The translations under genes were made by a program, and so were the position numbers. Shown one piece after another: positions 19,181 through 26,240 of a DNA stretch of 64,000 nucleotides (within the stretch, counting starts at the first letter, position 1; each line of letters starts with the position of its first letter). Source of the DNA: an uncultured virus (IMG/VR IMGVR_UViG_3300029305_009146) (taxonomy: Duplodnaviria > Heunggongvirae > Uroviricota > Caudoviricetes); IMG/VR virus record IMGVR_UViG_3300029305_009146; one strand, written 5' to 3'. Under the pieces are notes generated by a model. The model was not told where the DNA came from, ran no database searches, and saw only the letters and a program-made list of their open reading frames with translations.

Positions 19181-20188
19181 TCATCGCTCCAAAACTTCAA
19201 TACCCAAGTGTTCGTATGCTTTTGGCAAAACAATCCGCCCCCTTGGAGTTCGTGCAAGGAAGCCGTTCTGTACCAAAAAGGGTTCATATACTTCCTCCAG
19301 TGTTCCCGCGTCTTCCCCAATGCTGACGGCTACAGAAGCAAGCCCGACAGGGCCTCCGCCAAAATTTTCTATCATGGAAAGAAGCATTTTGCGGTCGTTG
19401 TCATCCAGCCCATACCGGTCTATGTTAAGAAGTGCGAGTGCTTTTTCCGTAACGTCTTCCGTAAGAACTCCGTCATTGACCACCGCCGCATAATCGCGTA
19501 CACGTTTCAAAAAACGGTTCGCGATGCGCGGAGTTCCCCGGGAACATAAAGCTATCTGGAGTGCACTCTTGTCATCCACTACAGTCCTTAAAACATCCCC
19601 AGAACGGCGAACAATCTCCGCCAGTTCATCCGCGTTATAATATTCCAGACGCTCTACGATTCCGAAACGGTCTCTGAGCGGCGCAGAAAGCATTCCGGCC
19701 CGGGTGGTAGCCCCAATAAGCGTAAATTTTGGGAGATTGAACCGTTTATTTACTGCAGTGGTCCCCTCTCCGATAAGAACGTCCATGGTGAAATCTTCCA
19801 TTGCGGAGTAAAGGAATTCTTCCACGTTCCGGGGGATTCTGTGAATTTCGTCAATAAACAAGACGTCGCCTTCGTTGAGTTTGTAAAGAATTGACGCAAT
19901 ATCTCCTGGTTTTTCGAGGGCCGGTCCTGCCGTAGTACGAAGGCTTACACCCATTTCATTGGCAATAATCCCGGCGAGGGTGGTTTTGCCCAGTCCCGGG
20001 GGACCGTAAAAGAGTGCATGGTCCAGAGATTCTCCGCGGGACTTTGCTGCTTCAATATAGATTTTCAAAGACTCTTTTATCTTTCCCTGCCCGATATAAT
20101 CGGAGAGAAATTGTGGACGTAACCCTATCTCGCTCCGCTTTTCTTCTTCTGACACAACATCCGTTGTAATAATCCGCTTCTTTGCCAT
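19181..20188 (-). CDS. ruvB: Holliday junction branch migration ATPase RuvB
   Basis: [47 protein letters not shown]; start at MAKKR. Confidence 0.96.
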   Translation of the reverse strand: MAKKRIITTDVVSEEEKRSEIGLRPQFLSDYIGQGKIKESLKIYIEAAKSRGESLDHALFYGPPGLGKTTLAGIIANEMGVSLRTTAGPALEKPGDIASILYKLNEGDVLFIDEIHRIPRNVEEFLYSAMEDFTMDVLIGEGTTAVNKRFNLPKFTLIGATTRAGMLSAPLRDRFGIVERLEYYNADELAEIVRRSGDVLRTVVDDKSALQIALCSRGTPRIANRFLKRVRDYAAVVNDGVLTEDVTEKALALLNIDRYGLDDNDRKMLLSMIENFGGGPVGLASVAVSIGEDAGTLEEVYEPFLVQNGFLARTPRGRIVLPKAYEHLGIEVLER

Positions 20189-20221
20189 AACTACTCCTTT
20201 TAAAAATATCATTTCTTCCTT

Positions 20222-20228
20222 GTTAAGG
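20222..20228 (-). promoter_or_regulatory. Element motif core (TTTTT)CCTTAAC
   Basis: Upstream of ruvB. Confidence 0.6.
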
Positions 20229-20289
20229 AAAAACAAAGTAAAAAAGGAGCCACACGGGCTCCTTGTGGTTAATTGCGTTTCGCGATATT

Positions 20290-20480
20290 CTCTGAAAAAC
20301 GAAGCCTGTTTGACACTCCCCATATCTAAAGAAAAGGGATTCTTGCTACCCGTTGGATATTTTCCAACTGATTAGTCCATTTCTGGTAAATCGCAGTGCA
20401 AGGCATGGGTATGTCATTACCCATCCTAAAGCAGTACCATTAGTACTTTAGGCAGATAGTCTGTTACCAACTATCTCAGT
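20290..20480 (-). ncRNA. Predicted TnpB omega/reRNA including ~20-nt guide (5' boundary approximate)
   Basis: Lies between the tnpB 3' end and the right-end TCAA, as established for TnpB systems. Confidence 0.6.
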
Positions 20481-21667
20481 TGAAGCACAGATATTTCTTG
20501 CCCCAACGATATCCCGGTGTGTATGGTATCCACAAGAACATCCATACCATCTATCCTTTGCGTGGTTCAATGAGCCACACTTTGGACATTTTTGGCTGGT
20601 ATACGAGGGATTTACATACGCCACCTGAATACCTGCCAATCGGGCTTTGTATTCGATATACATAGCGAGCCGGTAGAAGCTCCACGTATGCAGGCTTGGA
20701 TTGTTTTTACGACTTTGTCTTGTCGCTGTTCTTATGTTTGCAAGCTGTTCCAGTTTGATAGTTGAAACACCTTGTTTTATCGCTTCATTTACAACGGAAC
20801 GACTTATCTTATGGTCAATATCTTTCATGATGCGCTGTTCTTTGTTGTTGATACGTTTCACTGCAGCCATCTTTTTCTTTTGCTGTAGCTTTTTGCGGAG
20901 ATACTTATAATGGCGTCTCATATATTTGTTGTGACGGCCATTCCCATAGAATTTTACTTTACCGTCAGAAGTGAAACTAACGGCGGGGCATTTAATTCCT
21001 AAATCAATGCCCATGACTTTGTTGTCAGGCAAAAGTTCCGGCGCTGCTTCTTCAATACTTACCTGTGCTATCAATTTGCTGTTTTTAGATACAATACGAA
21101 GCGTGCCAAGTTTATGGCTTTTGATGGTATCGTATTGCTCTTCCGTACAGAAGGTTTTGATGCGGATGCGTTCTGATTTGCCGTTAATTAAAACCGGAAC
21201 AGAAAGATATATCGTATCCTCTGTAGAGAACGTATCTTTACTAATTACAAAGTTTTGGTTGTTCCAGTAACAGCACGGTTTCTTTAACACAGGAAGATGT
21301 GGTGCTGTTACTCTTACGGGAGAACCTTTGGCAATCAGTCTTTTGTTTTGCAGCACAGCTTTGTGACATTCTTTTCTATGTTTTTTTATGATGGAGCGTG
21401 CGTCTTGCGCTATCTGCGCTCTTACTGCAGAAGGTAAATTTGCACGGATATCTTTACTGCTAAATTTACGAATGTCAATGCCACGAATCGCAAGTGATAC
21501 TGTTTCGTTTACTGCGCGGATGTATTCGTCCATAGCAGAATGGATTATCTTTTCCTGCTCTCTTGTGAAGGAAAGTTTTATTGTTTCTGTCAGTTTCGTT
21601 TGTATCACCTTCCTTTCTTGTGCTTATATCCCCCATAGTTAAAAACAGGGGTTTTACGCGCATGAGA
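20310..21667 (-). mobile_element. Non-autonomous IS200/IS605 (IS1341-like) element, tnpB only
   Basis: Left-end hairpin CCCCTGTT-TTT-AACTATGGGGG following TTAT; right-end hairpin ending GGGGAGTGTCAA; no tnpA. Confidence 0.8.
20448..21608 (-). CDS. tnpB: TnpB RNA-guided endonuclease
   Basis: RuvC motifs GIDLG, IKLEQL and RDIVGARNI; zinc finger TSQKCPKCG...CSCG. Confidence 0.95.
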   Translation of the reverse strand: MIQTKLTETIKLSFTREQEKIIHSAMDEYIRAVNETVSLAIRGIDIRKFSSKDIRANLPSAVRAQIAQDARSIIKKHRKECHKAVLQNKRLIAKGSPVRVTAPHLPVLKKPCCYWNNQNFVISKDTFSTEDTIYLSVPVLINGKSERIRIKTFCTEEQYDTIKSHKLGTLRIVSKNSKLIAQVSIEEAAPELLPDNKVMGIDLGIKCPAVSFTSDGKVKFYGNGRHNKYMRRHYKYLRKKLQQKKKMAAVKRINNKEQRIMKDIDHKISRSVVNEAIKQGVSTIKLEQLANIRTATRQSRKNNPSLHTWSFYRLAMYIEYKARLAGIQVAYVNPSYTSQKCPKCGSLNHAKDRWYGCSCGYHTHRDIVGARNICASTEIVGNRLSA

Positions 21668-21766
21668 ATAATGAGACACAAACTCTTCTTTTGTACAACT
21701 TATAGGGTCAGCTAAAACAGTATGCATAGATACTCCTCTCTTTCTACACTTGTCGAAGCTAAGACA

Positions 21767-23614
21767 TCAATATTCAATCTTTGAAAGAATATTTTCCAGC
21801 TTCTTTACGCTCTCGGTAGTATCATTAGTCAGCTCGTGATTGTTGTCAGTAACCGAAGCAACGTTTGCGGTTTTTTCCGCGATATCCGCAACACCCATAA
21901 CATTTTCGTCAATAATGATGTTGATTTCGTTTACTGCACCGGAAACTTCATCAATTACAGTATTCATCTCTGAGACTTCCTTGTGAATCACTTCCATGCC
22001 GGACATGAACGTGTCTGCATCTGACATATACTGTTCGCTCAAGTTACGAAAGTTATCGTAATCGCTTAAAACAGAAGCACCTAAAAATTCTGTTGTCCCG
22101 GTCATGCACTTTGTGATATCCGAAACTGCAGCATCGGTAGCCTTAATAATTTCATTAATGCTCTTTACAGTATCCAGAGAACGAGCCGCCAGATTCCTGA
22201 TTTCTCCGGCAACGACGGCAAAGCCCTTACCGGCCTCTCCTGCTCTTGCGGCTTCGATGGAAGCGTTAAGGGAAAGGAGGTTGGTCTGGTCAGAAATCTC
22301 GATAATAGCCGCAGTCAATTCATTAATCTTCTTTACTGCTTTTAACTTTTCAAGAGATGTAGATGTATCTTCCTTGATTTGTTCGTACATTTTCTGCGTC
22401 TGAGTGATTGCATTAACGGTTACATTCTGAAGCTCCGTGGTTCTCTTTGCAATCTCCTTGGAAACCTCATTATTTTTTTCTACCGCACTTTCAATGCTCT
22501 CTGACTTTTCCTTCATCTGTGCAATACGCTCAGTCATTGCATTTGTTGTTTCTGCAACCTTGCCGGAGTTATGAGAAAGCGCCTCGGTTGTTTTGGAGTT
22601 ATTTTGGCACAGCATACGCACTTCTTCACTGGAATCTTCCAACGCTTGCATATTCTCTCTTATCTGTCCGTTTGCATTTTCTATCCGGGAAATCATCTCC
22701 CCAAGACTGGCAGTCATCTTCTGGACCGACCGACTCATGGTTCCGGTCTCGTCTTTTTTGTCACAGAGACGTTCCAAGTCGTCGGAAGCCTTTAACTTTA
22801 AATCGGCAATATCGTCAATGATTTTACCAACCTTTTGGATTGGTTTTGTGATACGGTTTGAAATATACTGACTCAGAAAGATTGACGCAGCCATCAGGCA
22901 TGCAACCGTAACACAAGAAATTAACACAAGTCTGCGAATAGGACTCATAAGTTCACTTCCGCTGGCACAAACCACCACGACAGACTTGATTCCTGTTACG
23001 TAATAGCTTGCATAATAGGTCTCACCGTCTTCTTCGAACTCCATGCAGAGATTATCTGGGACAACGCCTCTTGCGAGCTTTCCCAAAAGGTCAGAAAGTA
23101 CGCTGTTTCTCACCGGTTTTTTGATTTTTGATGCGTCGGTATGGTATTCAATAATACCACTACCGTTGGTTACGTAGTAATAATACGAATTAACTCCCTC
23201 CAGAGAAAAATCCTTCAAAATCTCTCCGTATTCTTCGGCGGAGAGCTGTATCGGTTTTGAGTTGATTTTGTTCTGTGGTTGCGCAGCCTGCTCTTTTACA
23301 TCCACCAGCTTACCGTAAGATGTAACAGTATTAAGCATCTTTCCGTAGGCGGAATCAATTACAAGGTCTTTCATACTGTTCATCAGCACAAGAAGAATTA
23401 CTGTAGCAGCAAGAACAATCCCCGAGACGGATGTCATGATAATCTTGGCTTTGATGGATTTAAGCTCGATTTTCGACAAAGGCTTTGTAACCTTCTTTAA
23501 TGCCGGCAGAATCTTTTTCCCGGCTTTAGATGAGACTTTTTTAGTTTTTCCTATAACCTTTTTAAGCGCAGAACCGGATTTCTTCGGACCTGCGTTTTTC
23601 TTTTCCTTTTTCAT
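21767..23614 (-). CDS. Methyl-accepting chemotaxis protein
   Basis: Two TM helices, Cache-like sensor, [31 protein letters not shown] signalling hairpin. Confidence 0.95.
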   Translation of the reverse strand: MKKEKKNAGPKKSGSALKKVIGKTKKVSSKAGKKILPALKKVTKPLSKIELKSIKAKIIMTSVSGIVLAATVILLVLMNSMKDLVIDSAYGKMLNTVTSYGKLVDVKEQAAQPQNKINSKPIQLSAEEYGEILKDFSLEGVNSYYYYVTNGSGIIEYHTDASKIKKPVRNSVLSDLLGKLARGVVPDNLCMEFEEDGETYYASYYVTGIKSVVVVCASGSELMSPIRRLVLISCVTVACLMAASIFLSQYISNRITKPIQKVGKIIDDIADLKLKASDDLERLCDKKDETGTMSRSVQKMTASLGEMISRIENANGQIRENMQALEDSSEEVRMLCQNNSKTTEALSHNSGKVAETTNAMTERIAQMKEKSESIESAVEKNNEVSKEIAKRTTELQNVTVNAITQTQKMYEQIKEDTSTSLEKLKAVKKINELTAAIIEISDQTNLLSLNASIEAARAGEAGKGFAVVAGEIRNLAARSLDTVKSINEIIKATDAAVSDITKCMTGTTEFLGASVLSDYDNFRNLSEQYMSDADTFMSGMEVIHKEVSEMNTVIDEVSGAVNEINIIIDENVMGVADIAEKTANVASVTDNNHELTNDTTESVKKLENILSKIEY

Positions 23615-23655
23615 ATATTCTCCTTTCTTACCTTTTTCTCTTGAGAAAAACGGAG

Positions 23656-23726
23656 AGCTGGTAGAGGGAATTGAACCCCCGTAGGCAGATTACAAATCTG
23701 CTGCCAAGCCACTTGGCGATACCAGC
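23656..23726 (-). tRNA. tRNA-Thr(TGT)
   Basis: Cloverleaf; anticodon arm GCAGA-TTTGTAA-TCTGC; no encoded CCA. Confidence 0.85.
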
Positions 23727-23852
23727 AGTCCGGAGCACGCTCCGGTGTTCGGAGTCATTGCTCCAATTTTGAGGTCTAAGCCCCAGATAAAAAACCGATA
23801 ATGACTATGTCAAAATCGGGGGCTGTATCCAAACATGTTGGTACAGTCACAA

Positions 23853-23939
23853 CGCCTGGAGAGGGATTCGAACCCCCGTGCCATTTAAGGCTGTACGGTT
23901 TTCAAGACCGCCCCGTTACGACCACTTCGGTATCCAAGC
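23853..23939 (-). tRNA. tRNA-Ser(TGA)
   Basis: GCGGT-CTTGAAA-ACCGT, long variable arm, G discriminator. Confidence 0.9.
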
Positions 23940-23965
23940 AATAAAATATTGTTGTTTGTTTTTAG

Positions 23966-24103
23966 CGGCACAGGTAGGGCCCTGCTCTCCAGTGGAGAGC
24001 GTCTAGGGCGGACCGAGTCGGGAGACGAGACTTCGAACCCACGGTCCCTTTCGGAATCACTGGTTTTCAAGACCAGCCCCTTAAGCCTCTCGGGCACTGT
24101 GCC
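23966..24103 (-). tRNA. tRNA-Ser(TGA) with 52-nt insertion in the T-loop
   Basis: Acceptor GGCACAG/CTGTGCC, T-stem GTGGG/CCTAC, loop TTCGAA[23980-24031]C. Confidence 0.8.
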
Positions 24104-24118
24104 AAAATTAAACGAAAG

Positions 24119-24358
24119 CTATTTTTCATTTTCCTTCTCTTTCTTTGTCCACTCAATCAACCCATGAATGTTCATAAGTGAATAAACAGCATACATTACC
24201 ACATTTGCCAAATTAAACGTTGTAAGAAAATTGACAAGAATCCACGTAAGGTTGCTGGCTATCCATACAGGAAAAGCAGCTTTCTTCTTTTTATTAATCA
24301 AAACCTGTCCACCCAAACTCAAAACCGTTGCCAACCACGACAAAATAATACCTAGCAT
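24119..24358 (-). CDS. Short PnuC-like membrane protein
   Basis: Three hydrophobic segments, FPVWIASN and NIHGLIEW resemble a PnuC half; embedded in the tRNA array. Confidence 0.6.
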   Translation of the reverse strand: MLGIILSWLATVLSLGGQVLINKKKKAAFPVWIASNLTWILVNFLTTFNLANVVMYAVYSLMNIHGLIEWTKKEKENEK

Positions 24359-24580
24359 TGTACTTTCTCCTTGTTTGTTATTCTCTTTAATCACGAAAAA
24401 AAATCCCTCTTATAAAACCAACTGCCATTTAGGCCCGCTCTTATCTCGTCAGATAGGCGCAACTTCCAAGGGATTCGAAACCAAGAGAAGTGGAATGTGG
24501 TGTCCCCTCTGCGTTTGGTATCGAAGTTTTTTCAGAATTTGTAAGCCACACATCTTACAACTCCTTATAGATGGAAAAAA

Positions 24581-24651
24581 TGGACCGTGTAGGGTTCGAA
24601 CCTACGCACCGGTTATGACCCGACCACTCTAACCAACTGAGCTAACGGTCC
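24581..24651 (-). tRNA. tRNA(CAT), Ile2/Met type, slightly degenerate
   Basis: GTCGG-GTCATAA-CCGGT; very short variable region. Confidence 0.75.
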
Positions 24652-24723
24652 ACAGACTGCTATACAGCAGCTATATAGCAGTCATGACACATATTTGGTT
24701 TTTGCCGTCCACGACAACGGCAA

Positions 24724-24795
24724 CTGGGCTGGCAGGATTCGAACCTGCGAATGCAGGGGCCAAGACCCTGTGCCTTACCTCTTGGCGACAGCCCA
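24724..24795 (-). tRNA. tRNA-Gln(TTG) with C at position 33
   Basis: Gln-type body TGGGCTG...CAGCCCA-G; loop TC-TTG-GC. Confidence 0.8.
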
Positions 24796-24802
24796 ATGTT
24801 AA

Positions 24803-24934
24803 ATACTTACGGTGTGCGGCCGGAATGGCTTCCAGCTCCGGAGCAAGGCTATCCTCGTGTGTTGTTTGATATACGTCTATATCTCATCCACACGGTTCCT
24901 ACACGTCCTACGGACTACCGTACACCGTAAATAC
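24803..24934 (-). ncRNA. Candidate structured ncRNA (~132 nt)
   Basis: 16 of 17 pairs in the closing helix, which encloses three hairpins. Confidence 0.55.
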
Positions 24935-25120
24935 TTAAAAATATATACATGCAATGCTCTTTTTCGCCCGGTGAAACCACCGATTTGCAGATTTAATGTT
25001 ACTCCTTCAGGAAGGCTACCATGGATTATTTCCTATAAGGGTGCAGGCATCACATAGAAACTTTTACATATGGCCTTATGCAAAGATGTTCCCCTAGCCT
25101 GCTTAAACTAATTTCCCTAG

Positions 25121-25193
25121 TCGAGGTAGCCGGACTCGAACCGACGACGTCGTGAACCCAAATCACGCGCCCTACCATCTGGGCCATACCTCG
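25121..25193 (-). tRNA. tRNA-Pro(TGG)
   Basis: CGTGA-TTTGGGT-TCACG, canonical cloverleaf. Confidence 0.9.
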
Positions 25194-25204
25194 AAAAGCT
25201 ATTT

Positions 25205-25519
25205 GCCGTCACACAGGTTGCAACCCTAGACTGCTTTCCCTCTGGGAAGGTCTTTCGTTCAATAAGCTATCCGTTCAAAGCGGATGTCTCTGCTTATCAC
25301 GCAGTCCAAACCTTTGAGAGTGTATCTCCTCTATTGTTTTAAATGGTTTTTCGACCCCTGTACACGAATGCACGAACGAGCGAAGGTTACGCCTTTTCCC
25401 GTCAGGGCCATGTCCAAAACTCTCCTACGCAGTCACTATCGCTCTTTAACCTCGGCCTTGCTTCTCAAGACTAATATCCTCTGTCTTGACACCCCATCGG
25501 AAAGGGTTCGCCTTACGGC
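25205..25519 (-). ncRNA. Candidate large structured ncRNA (~315 nt)
   Basis: End-to-end pairing GCCGT/ACGGC and AACCCT/AGGGTT, many internal stems, no credible ORF. Confidence 0.6.
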
Positions 25520-25522
25520 TAG

Positions 25523-25679
25523 TAGCCTCTGCCGGACTCGAACCGGCGTAGCCTTTGTCTTTTTCCCGGGTTATTACACAAAAGCTGTTGCGTATTCCTG
25601 ACAAATTATTCCGCAACCATCCCTATTCTTACTGGTTTGTAAAAACTAGGAGTGCTTGTACCAACTAAGCTAAGAGGCT
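25523..25679 (-). ncRNA. tRNA-like RNA with three hairpins (~105 nt) replacing the anticodon and variable arms
   Basis: Perfect acceptor AGCCTCT/AGAGGCT, D arm GCTT/AAGC, T arm GCCGG-TTCGAGT-CCGGC. Confidence 0.75.
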
Positions 25680-25685
25680 ATATAA

Positions 25686-25758
25686 TCGAAGCGACCGGAT
25701 TTGAACCGACGACCTCTGCACCCCCAGTGCAGCGCTCCACCAACTGAGCCACGCTTCG
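25686..25758 (-). tRNA. tRNA-Pro(GGG)
   Basis: CTGCA-CTGGGGG-TGCAG, canonical cloverleaf. Confidence 0.9.
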
Positions 25759-25855
25759 ATGTTCCCAGAGAACAAAGAAGCTCTCCGGGAGTAACAAAAT
25801 ATTTTAGGAGGTATCCCATGCTCTGAGATACTGTGGGGGCACAACTCCCCACGAA

Positions 25856-25948
25856 TACGACAAGCGGGATTCGAACCCGCCATACAACCGGTTGCTCATG
25901 CCGCACAGAATGTCTAGTCCTGTCCATTACCACACCTGGAATTGTCGT
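25856..25948 (-). tRNA. Atypical class II tRNA, anticodon AGA (Ser-like)
   Basis: Acceptor ACGACAA/TTGTCGT, CAGGA-CTAGACA-TTCTG, long variable arm, perfect T arm. Confidence 0.6.
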
Positions 25949-25994
25949 ACCAGTTTTTTGAGCCGATGTAATTGAGCGTGCTTATCTAGCACAG

Positions 25995-26071
25995 TCCCCT
26001 ATACAGGATTTGAACCTGTGACCTCTCGGCTTTTGCAGACCAAGCGCTCTTCCTGGCTGAGCTAATGAGGG
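25995..26071 (-). tRNA. Atypical tRNA with enlarged anticodon arm (loop CTGCAAAA)
   Basis: Normal D and T arms; CTTGGT/GCCGAG stem with 8-nt loop; one acceptor mismatch. Confidence 0.6.
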
Positions 26072-26152
26072 ATGAACGCTCCCGTCACACCCGGGCGGGG
26101 GCGTTATGTTGGTAAGTAGTTTACAAGGAGGACTTCTGGCAAAGAAGCCCAG

Positions 26153-26211
26153 TGAGGTACTCGGGAATTGAACCCGGGTGTTTTTGCTTCCCTTTTTGAA
26201 GCATATACCCC
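26153..26211 (-). ncRNA. 59-nt tRNA-like RNA lacking the anticodon arm
   Basis: Acceptor GGGGTAT/GTACCTC, GCTTC/GAAGC arm, 8-nt linker, CGGG-TTCAATT-CCCG. Confidence 0.65.
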
Positions 26212-26240
26212 AGAAAGGAACCAACGCAACCATCTTTCAC

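Noticed and set aside
23980..24031. HDV-like (theta) ribozyme or bulge-helix-bulge intron
   Set aside because: Could not build the P1/P2/P3 nested pseudoknot or a clear BHB motif by eye; left unassigned
24461..24528. Possible extra tRNA (AACTTC/GAAGTT ends, TTCGAAT loop-like)
   Set aside because: No pairable T-stem or D arm; at most a remnant hairpin
26153..26240. tmRNA 3' end split by the IscB element
   Set aside because: The acceptor partner lies only 59 nt upstream; no tag ORF or tmRNA 5' end on the other side of IscB
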